From assembly GCA_963664395.2 (NCBI GenBank), contig CAXXIS010000012.1:1-15774 (forward strand): a stretch of 15,774 nt of DNA, read 5' to 3'. The stretch's first letter is position 1, and every line of letters begins with the position of its first letter. The notes under the pieces are model-generated. The model had not been told where the DNA came from, ran no database searches, and saw only the letters and a program-made list of their open reading frames with translations. Position numbers and translations under genes: made by a program. Of the stretch, positions 7,433 to 13,908 are shown piece by piece. This DNA is from Candidatus Binatia bacterium (GTDB lineage: Bacteria > Desulfobacterota > Binatia > Bin18).

Positions 7433-8431
7433 ATGGACAATGGACATACCATTTGTGTCGGAACCGTTGGCGCTGGGGTGTGGTATAGCTCGGATAGTGG
7501 CGCACGCTGGCGGCGGAGTCGTATGAAGCTGCCGTTCCATGCCGAACCAGGGGAAATCCAAATTCGTGCGCTGGTTGTGTCTCCGCACAACCTCAACGTG
7601 GTGTATGCCGGCTCTGAGGTGGGGCTGTATCGGAGCGAGGACAAAGGCGCGGTCTGGGACCTGGTAGAATCTCCCACAGATGGAAAACAAATCTGGTCTA
7701 TTGCCGTTCATCCTGACGATCCGGACGTCATTCTTGTCGGGACCAAACCGCCGTGCGTATTCCGCACCAAGGACGGTGGTCAGAACTGGGAAGAACTGCC
7801 CATCAATGCGGCCGAGCGGTGCCTCGCCGGAGCGCCCAAGGTCACCAACCTCCTTTTTGATCCGCGCGACCCTGGCACGGTCTGGGCGAGTGTTGAGATC
7901 GACGGTATCCATCGGAGTCTCGATGGCGGCGACACCTGGGAGCATCTGCCCGCCTTGGGCGACAGCGAGCTGAACCAGGATATCCACGGTCTGACCATCA
8001 GCCCTGAGCCGCACCGAAAAATCATCGCCACCACCCCGGATGGTATTTGGACCAGCACGGACGAAGGCCAGAGTTGGTCGCTGCACGGTTTCCCACGTTT
8101 CTCTGATCGGGGCATCTCGTATTGTCGTGGCGTGGCGCTGAAGGCCGATGATCCAAACGTGATGTTTGTGGGGAATGGAGATTTCGTTCCGGGCAAGGTC
8201 GGGGCCATCCAGCGTTCGACCGATGGCGGGCAAACATGGCAGGCCGCCCCTCTACCCGTCGTGCCAAACTCAACCATGTATTGGTTTGCCACGAATCCGG
8301 CAGATCCCGACTTTATTGTGGCCAACAGCCTGCACGGCTATGTCTACACCAGTCAGGACGGTGGTGCGTCGTGGAACAAATCGGAGCGAGAGTTTGGTGA
8401 AGTCCGGGCCCTCGCCTGGGTGCCAAACTAA
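7433..8431 (+). CDS. BNR/Asp-box repeat beta-propeller protein (WD40/YVTN/BNR-like)
   Basis: ATG 7433 after AGGAGG; seven S/TxDxGxxW boxes (SSDSGARW, SEDKGAVW, TKDGGQNW, SLDGGDTW, STDEGQSW, STDGGQTW, SQDGGASW); no signal peptide visible. Confidence 0.88.
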   Translation: MDNGHTICVGTVGAGVWYSSDSGARWRRSRMKLPFHAEPGEIQIRALVVSPHNLNVVYAGSEVGLYRSEDKGAVWDLVESPTDGKQIWSIAVHPDDPDVILVGTKPPCVFRTKDGGQNWEELPINAAERCLAGAPKVTNLLFDPRDPGTVWASVEIDGIHRSLDGGDTWEHLPALGDSELNQDIHGLTISPEPHRKIIATTPDGIWTSTDEGQSWSLHGFPRFSDRGISYCRGVALKADDPNVMFVGNGDFVPGKVGAIQRSTDGGQTWQAAPLPVVPNSTMYWFATNPADPDFIVANSLHGYVYTSQDGGASWNKSEREFGEVRALAWVPN

Positions 8432-8442
8432 GTTCTCTCGTC

Positions 8443-8496
8443 TCAAACGCCAACGAAGGTCCGGGTTGTAACCGGACCGGTCGGCAGCACGTCCAT
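8443..8496 (-). pseudogene. Possible N-terminal stub of a sodium:solute symporter
   Basis: ATG overlaps the DUF4212 stop (TGATG) and reads MDVLPTGPVTTRTFVGV*; this is where the partner symporter normally starts. Confidence 0.3.
8458..8478. terminator. Hairpin between convergent genes, possible terminator
   Basis: GGTCCGG-GTTGTAA-CCGGACC inverted repeat; no clear U-tract on either strand. Confidence 0.3.
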
Positions 8497-8795
8497 CACC
8501 GGGCCGCCCCTGTGTCCTCGGCCTCCGGCTCTTCAACGCCATAGGCCCGGTCCAGACGATTCATCAGCCACACATAGACGAAAATCAGAACCACGAAGAC
8601 GTACAGCGAGCCCTGCTGGGCCATCCAGAAGCCCAGCCGAAAGCTGCCTATGCGGATGTCGTTCAGGCTGTCAACGAAGATGATCGAGACGACAAAAGAC
8701 ACCACGAACCAGACGCTCAGCAAGGCCGCGACAATAGTCAGGTTCTGACGCCAGTAGGCCCGACGGTTCGTCTCGGACAGGGGAGATTCTTTCAT
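8496..8795 (-). CDS. DUF4212 domain protein (small membrane subunit associated with sodium:solute symporters)
   Basis: AYWRQNL...LLSVWFVVSF...LGFWMAQQGSLYVFVVLIFVYVWLMNRLDRAYGV; two hydrophobic segments; ATG 8795. Confidence 0.9.
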   Translation of the reverse strand: MKESPLSETNRRAYWRQNLTIVAALLSVWFVVSFVVSIIFVDSLNDIRIGSFRLGFWMAQQGSLYVFVVLIFVYVWLMNRLDRAYGVEEPEAEDTGAAR

Positions 8796-8802
8796 GGGCG
8801 GC

Positions 8803-8832
8803 AAGCTACCATAATCGCGGCAGCGATGTCAC
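8803..8832 (-). promoter_or_regulatory. Candidate sigma70 promoter for a leaderless DUF4212 transcript
   Basis: GTGACA (8832-8827), 18-nt spacer ending TGG, TAGCTT (8808-8803), then 7 nt to the ATG; no SD. Confidence 0.4.
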
Positions 8833-8865
8833 ACGGCTTGAACGTCAGAAGAGCAAGTATGACTC

Positions 8866-9006
8866 TTACTCCTCGACCCCATGTTTTTTCATCCAGTTCG
8901 TAAATGTCTGATAGTTCGGCAGGCCGACCAGTTTGCACGCCGCGGACTTGTTGCCCCGGGCTTCGCCGTGCGCCCGGCTCAGGTAATGCCGCGCCACCTC
9001 GGCCAG
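8866..9006 (-). pseudogene. C-terminal Fis-type HTH remnant of a sigma54-interacting transcriptional regulator
   Basis: [46 protein letters not shown] fits the GNK.AA.LLG HTH_8 pattern; upstream sequence in this frame has no AAA+ domain and runs antisense to the PhyH gene. Confidence 0.7.
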
Positions 9007-9132
9007 CCGGCAACACAACCTCCACGAGCAGTTCACGATTCCGTAGTACCAAAGCGTGATTTTCCCGAACCGTTGTATAGTTCCTACGAAACGGAATCGG
9101 GACGGGGAAGCCAACCGGCGGCTTAGCCAAGG

Positions 9133-9161
9133 TTGTATGGGGACTGAGAAGCGCATATTAA
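9133..9161 (+). promoter_or_regulatory. Candidate sigma70 promoter of the PhyH gene
   Basis: TTGTAT (9133-9138), 17 nt, TATTAA (9156-9161), upstream of the GGAGG SD and ATG 9190. Confidence 0.4.
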
Positions 9162-9189
9162 GTGACGGATGCAAAGAACGGAGGCAGAC

Positions 9190-10350
9190 ATGCAGGCAGT
9201 GAGCGATGTGACAACGGGCGATTATGGGAACGCTGAAGCGGCCATGCAGACGTATCTGCGTAAAGGGGAGAAACGGGCCTACGCGCTCGATAATCGCGGC
9301 CCGATTCGGTTTCAAGCCGATGGTCGGGTCCACACCGACATCCTGGCTGCCTATTGGAAATATGGCTTTTATGTCTTCGAGGGAGTGCTCGGGGAAGAGG
9401 AACTGAACGATATCGAAGCTGACCTTTTCGATATCATGGAACGCCTTCCGACCGAGCGGGGGGCTGCGCTCGACGCCCATGGTCGCCCGGCCCTGGCGGC
9501 TGAGTGTGAGGCGACGACGCTGTTCTGGTCCAAACCGCTCGGTGATCCTTTTGGTGGTACCGATCTCGCCAACGGTCGCCATCCGGTAAAGATGCTGGAG
9601 CCCACCCCGGCTGCTGACCTCCCCCAAGAAATTGTCTATCTCATTATCGGTTCTCTGCAATTTTCCGAAGCCAGCCTGCGAACCTCTGCCCATCCGCACC
9701 TGTTAGCCGTGGCAGAGGCGGTCAACGGTGAGGATTTTGTTCCGTTCACCGAGGCGCTGTTCATCAAAGAGCCGGGCAAAGGGGCTTCGGTCGCCTGGCA
9801 TCAGGATGGTACGACGCATTGGGAGAGTCCTGCGTGGGACCAGGGAAGTCACGGCTTTAACTTCATGGCTCAGCTCTACGGCTGCACCCCGGCAAACGGG
9901 GTGTGGGTCGTGCCGGGGACACATAAAATCGGCCATGTAGATATCCCGAAGAGGGTTGCCGAGGCAGGCTCGGAGCGACTGCCCGACGCCGTTCCCATGG
10001 TGTGCAATCCGGGTGATGTGGTCATCTCCAACCGACAATTACTGCATTGTTCATTTGCGAATACCAGTCCGGACTGGCGCGTCACGGTGAACTTCGGCTT
10101 TCATCGCCGTGCGTCAGTACTTGGGGTAAACGGTGGAGGAATTCATAGCGCACCGGCAGTGTACGATGCAGAACGTATCCGTACCCGTTCGCGTGTGATC
10201 GGCTATGCCATCGATGCGCGCCGACAGCGCTTCCCGGCCGAAACGCCGTTTCCCTATAAGCCCTTTGTTAAATCGGGAGAGCACTGCTGCTGGGACGAGG
10301 AAGCCAAGGCTGGGATGAAGGATTACAATCTGCTTGATTTCAGTATCTGA
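9190..10350 (+). CDS. Phytanoyl-CoA dioxygenase (PhyH) family Fe(II)/2-oxoglutarate oxygenase
   Basis: ATG 9190 after GGAGG; [20 protein letters not shown] (HxD), [17 protein letters not shown]...[15 protein letters not shown] (distal His, 2OG Arg). Confidence 0.9.
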   Translation: MQAVSDVTTGDYGNAEAAMQTYLRKGEKRAYALDNRGPIRFQADGRVHTDILAAYWKYGFYVFEGVLGEEELNDIEADLFDIMERLPTERGAALDAHGRPALAAECEATTLFWSKPLGDPFGGTDLANGRHPVKMLEPTPAADLPQEIVYLIIGSLQFSEASLRTSAHPHLLAVAEAVNGEDFVPFTEALFIKEPGKGASVAWHQDGTTHWESPAWDQGSHGFNFMAQLYGCTPANGVWVVPGTHKIGHVDIPKRVAEAGSERLPDAVPMVCNPGDVVISNRQLLHCSFANTSPDWRVTVNFGFHRRASVLGVNGGGIHSAPAVYDAERIRTRSRVIGYAIDARRQRFPAETPFPYKPFVKSGEHCCWDEEAKAGMKDYNLLDFSI

Positions 10351-10374
10351 GGACGGGCGCAGCCGCTCCTTTCC

Positions 10375-12549
10375 TCAGAATTTCACCCGCACGCCGCTGA
10401 AGACGGCCAAGGGTGCGCCTGGGCTCATGAAGCGCTCGACGCCGGTTCCGTCCACGACATTCTCAAAATACGCGCCGTAGCTTTCGTATTCTTCGGCAAA
10501 CAGGTTTTCGAGCCGCAGAAAAATATCGAAATTCTTATAGTTATATTCAACTATGGCATTGGCCACAAAATACGGGTCCAGCCGACTACGTTGATTGGCC
10601 TCATCGCCCCGCAGCCGCTGTCCATCCACATAGGCCCCGTCCAGGCTCAGCCGTAACTGAGAGCCGATGAAGAACTCGATGCCGCCATTGACCCGGTGTG
10701 GCGGGACCAGCGGCAGACGGTCGCCGTCGCGTACCAATGCTATGCGCTCTTCATTGGCGAACGTAAACAGTTCGATATCATCCCCAAACGTGGCATCCGT
10801 TACGGTGTAATTCAGAAACCAGTTGCCCCAACGCCACACTCCGCGCAAGAGGAGTTCGATACCCTGGCGACGAGTGGCATCCACATTCTGAAAAAATCCC
10901 AGCACTCGACTTTCCGGTTCGTTGCGGAACAAGATGTCGTCTTTGAGATCCGTCCGAAAGAAGGCCAGGGTCGCATCAATATGCGGGGGAAAGGCCCAGC
11001 GTACTCCCGTCTCCCAGGTCTTTCCCTGCACCGCGTCCAGGGGCGGATCATCCACAATCGCGGCTGGCACCGGGCAGGGCGCTTCGGGATTGGCACAGGT
11101 GAGTTCAATGGCGGTCGGCGCGCGGTAGCTCTCACTATACCCGGCGTACAGGCTCAGATGTTCGGTGAAGGCATAAGTCGTCCCCACTGCGGGATTAAAC
11201 CGATCAAAGGTGTGGTTGCCACTGGCATCCGTTCCCGCCTCTTCGTCGTCATCGTCTCCACGTCCGGCGAGTCGGTCTGTAATGGTGAGATGGGTGACCT
11301 CATAGCGCCCGGACACGGTCAGCGTCAGCTTATCAATCGGTTGGGCGGTGATGGTGAAAAACGGGCCGCCGGCATGGGTTTCGGTTTTGACGTTGGTGAC
11401 AACCTCAAAGCCGGCGTCCCCGTCTCCTTGCTCTTCCTGCTCCCCGATCAGATGGTCAAGGCGCGCCCCGATATAGTCTCCGCCAAGCGTGACCGAGACC
11501 GGTCGTTCCCACAGCGTGCCGTGATACGCCAGTTGCAGCGCTCCGCCCCAGCCTTTCTGGTTGGTCCGAGCATCCAGGGTTTCTTCTACGTCAAGATTGA
11601 ACTGGTCCACATCCAAAAGGCGGCCATGCAGATTAGTCGATAGCGAGAAGCCAGAGCCGAAGTCACGCTGGTATTGGCTGCTCAGAAACCACAGGTCGGG
11701 TTTGAAAATATCGGGATGGGTGAACACCGCGGAGCGGTCACGTTTGAGCCGTCCTTCGGGTAGCGGGCCGTTGCCGGTCAACTTGTTATTCACATGGGTC
11801 AGGGAGAGAGAGAAATCGTCTTGTGTCCCCAGATAGCCGACCTTGCCGAATAACTGGCCGACGTGGCTTTTTGAGAAATCTCGATAGCCATCTTCGAGAA
11901 AGAGATTGCCCGACACAAAATAGTCAAAATTGTCGTGACTGCCCCCGTGCTGAAGCAATGTCCGATAGCGGGCAAAACTCCCGCCCCACACCTCTGCGGT
12001 TGTCCCCGGATGCGTAAAGCCACGTTTGGTTTGCATCACAATGGTCCCGCCAAGCGTATTCCGACCATAGACCGGATTTGAGCCGGGGATGAGTTCAAGA
12101 CGATCAATGGCATCAGTCGGAATCAAATCCCAATTGACTTGATCGGCCAGGGGCTCGTTGACGCGGACGCCATCGACAAAGACACTCAGTCCCGGCGGCG
12201 TACCAATGAGAAAGGAGCTGGTAAAACCACGGTAGGTGACATCAGGCTGGAACGGGTTGTTTTGGACATGATTCAGATTCACCCCGCCCAACTCGCGTGA
12301 CAGGATGTCGGTCAGATTGAGTGCGCCGCGTTTCGCAATCTGCTCGCTGGTTATGGTTTGCACATTGGCCGGTACTTGCTCACGCGCTACGGGGGTGCTC
12401 ATCAACGGCGTTGTGCCGCGCACTTCGATTTTCGGTAATGAGATGGGCGGCGAAGATTGGGCCAGGACCAGCGTGGCGGACAAGAGACTCAGCGCAACGA
12501 CTCTGACAACGGCGTGGAGCAATATAAAATGAGAACTTTTTCTTCGCAA
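10375..12549 (-). CDS. TonB-dependent outer-membrane receptor
   Basis: Start taken at TTG 12549 (GGAGG 6 nt upstream; signal-like RRKSSHFILLHAVVRVVALSLLSATLVLAQ). TonB-box-like IEVRG; plug motifs YRGF, VFVDGVRVN, IDRLELIPGSNPVYGRNTLGGTI; ENLF and terminal GVRVKF. Confidence 0.92.
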   Translation of the reverse strand: MRRKSSHFILLHAVVRVVALSLLSATLVLAQSSPPISLPKIEVRGTTPLMSTPVAREQVPANVQTITSEQIAKRGALNLTDILSRELGGVNLNHVQNNPFQPDVTYRGFTSSFLIGTPPGLSVFVDGVRVNEPLADQVNWDLIPTDAIDRLELIPGSNPVYGRNTLGGTIVMQTKRGFTHPGTTAEVWGGSFARYRTLLQHGGSHDNFDYFVSGNLFLEDGYRDFSKSHVGQLFGKVGYLGTQDDFSLSLTHVNNKLTGNGPLPEGRLKRDRSAVFTHPDIFKPDLWFLSSQYQRDFGSGFSLSTNLHGRLLDVDQFNLDVEETLDARTNQKGWGGALQLAYHGTLWERPVSVTLGGDYIGARLDHLIGEQEEQGDGDAGFEVVTNVKTETHAGGPFFTITAQPIDKLTLTVSGRYEVTHLTITDRLAGRGDDDDEEAGTDASGNHTFDRFNPAVGTTYAFTEHLSLYAGYSESYRAPTAIELTCANPEAPCPVPAAIVDDPPLDAVQGKTWETGVRWAFPPHIDATLAFFRTDLKDDILFRNEPESRVLGFFQNVDATRRQGIELLLRGVWRWGNWFLNYTVTDATFGDDIELFTFANEERIALVRDGDRLPLVPPHRVNGGIEFFIGSQLRLSLDGAYVDGQRLRGDEANQRSRLDPYFVANAIVEYNYKNFDIFLRLENLFAEEYESYGAYFENVVDGTGVERFMSPGAPLAVFSGVRVKF

Positions 12550-12551
12550 TG

Positions 12552-12583
12552 ATATCCTCCGTAGCGCTTCAGGATATACGGAG
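12552..12583 (-). promoter_or_regulatory. SD-sequestering hairpin(s) upstream of the TonB receptor
   Basis: Transcript CTCCGTATATCCT-GAAGCGC-TACGGAGGATAT: CTCCGTA pairs with TACGGAG, or ATATCCT with AGGATAT; either covers part of the GGAGG. Confidence 0.45.
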
Positions 12584-12736
12584 ATGTGGATCAGGAGGAA
12601 GAGCGGTGTCAGGGGAAACCCTGCAAAGCGGTCGGGATGACTCTGAAAAGCCGGAGGGGTGAATGAGCGGGGCGTGCTGCTTGGAGGGCCGTAATGGGTT
12701 GCTGCCCACAGGAGCCGAGGAGGGAGGTTTGGCACA

Positions 12737-12757
12737 GGGCCCCACGTCGGGGGGCCC
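12737..12757 (-). terminator. GC-rich hairpin after the amidohydrolase remnant stop
   Basis: GGGCCCC-N7-GGGGCCC beginning 8 nt after TAA 12768-12766; no U-tract. Confidence 0.35.
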
Positions 12758-12765
12758 CGCCAGGT

Positions 12766-12930
12766 TTATTCGATGCGATACACGCGGGCGGCGGTGTCGT
12801 GGATGAGCTTCCGGCGGTCGGTCTCGGACAGCTCGCTAAAGGTATCTTTGATAAACTCCTGCGAACGAGGCCAGATGGCGGCCGTGTGAGGATAGTCCGA
12901 AGACCACATGGCGTTGTCTGCCGCATAACG
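12766..12930 (-). pseudogene. C-terminal remnant of an Amidohydro_2 family amidohydrolase
   Basis: YAADNAMWSSDYPHTAAIWPRSQEFIKDTFSELSETDRRKLIHDTAARVYRIE*; sequence upstream of about 12930 has no family resemblance and no N-terminal DxH motif. Confidence 0.8.
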
Positions 12931-13066
12931 GTGGTCAAGAGGCAAATGCCGGTTGAGGCAGGCATGATTGTAGAGAATCAATAGCGTAGCCTTGAGAGTA
13001 GCCTTTGTGGACCTGAAGGAGTAAACGTGAGTTGGACAATACCTTGGATCATTGGGAGGGACTGGA

Positions 13067-13852
13067 ATGAATGACAAGCCTGTTTACCTTGAAACCCACG
13101 CCGAAGTCGCGGTGCTCGTACTGAATCGACCGGACAAGTTAAATGCTCTGAACGGAGCGGTCTGGGCGGGAATAAAGAAATATGCCGATGAGGTGGCGGA
13201 GAATCCTGATATTAAAGTGCTGATCATTCGTGGCGTGACCTCACAGGCATTCTCAGCCGGTGCGGATATCAGCGAGTTTCCCAATATCCACGCCACGCCG
13301 GAAACGGTGAAGCAGTCCGAGGAGACGACCCGGGCTGCCTTTGACGCCGTAACCAATCTCTCCAAGCCAGTTATCGCCCTGGTGGCAGGCTATTGCTTCG
13401 GCGGTGGCTGTGCCCTCGCCCTGGCGTGTGACATGCGCTATGCGGACCGCACGGCCAGATTCTGCATTCCGCCTGCGAAGTTGGGCGTGGCCTACACGCT
13501 CCGCGAAACAAAACGGCTGGTTGATCTTGTTGGTCCATCGAAAGCCAAAGAGATGCTCATGGGTGCCCAGGTCATTGACGCAGATGAAGCGCTGGCCTGC
13601 GGCATTGTGACACGGCTGTTCAAAGTCGAGGCCCTGGAACGGGAAACGTTCGCCTTTGCCCAGCAGCTTTGCAACCTCTCCCAATTTACTATCCGCGCGG
13701 TGAAAACCACCGTGAACGAAATTATCGCAGGGGAGACGAATGACAATGTGGTCAGCCGCCGCCTCCGCGCTGCGGCTTTTGAAGGTCCTGATTACAGGGA
13801 AGGGCGAGCTGCGTTCCTGGAGAAGCGCAAGCCCAAGTTTCGCTATCGCTGA
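13067..13852 (+). CDS. Enoyl-CoA hydratase/isomerase (crotonase) family protein
   Basis: ATG 13067 after GGAGG; LNRPDKLNAL, AFSAGADISEF, KPVIALVAGYCFGGGCALALACD, DYREGRAAFLEKRKPKF. Confidence 0.93.
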   Translation: MNDKPVYLETHAEVAVLVLNRPDKLNALNGAVWAGIKKYADEVAENPDIKVLIIRGVTSQAFSAGADISEFPNIHATPETVKQSEETTRAAFDAVTNLSKPVIALVAGYCFGGGCALALACDMRYADRTARFCIPPAKLGVAYTLRETKRLVDLVGPSKAKEMLMGAQVIDADEALACGIVTRLFKVEALERETFAFAQQLCNLSQFTIRAVKTTVNEIIAGETNDNVVSRRLRAAAFEGPDYREGRAAFLEKRKPKFRYR

Positions 13853-13908
13853 GTTATCCGCCTGTCCTGGCTTGCCTTCTCACGCCGGCATAGTCTATAT
13901 GAAGCAGC

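Noticed and set aside
6423-8233. Long shadow ORFs 6423-7262 (+) and 7274-8233 (-)
   Set aside because: Antisense to well-supported ThuA-like and propeller genes; no motifs; expected in GC-rich coding DNA.
9007-9130. Peptide ...[16 protein letters not shown] as a fragment of another enzyme gene
   Set aside because: Too short to assign by eye; no supporting start or further motifs.
8866-9699. 277-aa minus-strand ORF as a real gene
   Set aside because: Most of it is antisense to the PhyH gene or crosses its promoter region; only the last 46 codons resemble a protein family.
10696-11643. 315-aa plus-strand ORF
   Set aside because: Antisense shadow of the TonB receptor with no recognisable motif.
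12550-12735. 62-aa N-terminal extension of the TonB receptor from GTG 12735
   Set aside because: No SD at 12735, low-complexity Pro/Ser sequence; GGAGG plus TTG at 12549 gives a normal signal peptide.
12748-12759. RGPP (RAPP-like arrest motif) in the receptor frame
   Set aside because: Follows a stop codon with no start in between and is a by-product of the GC-rich hairpin.
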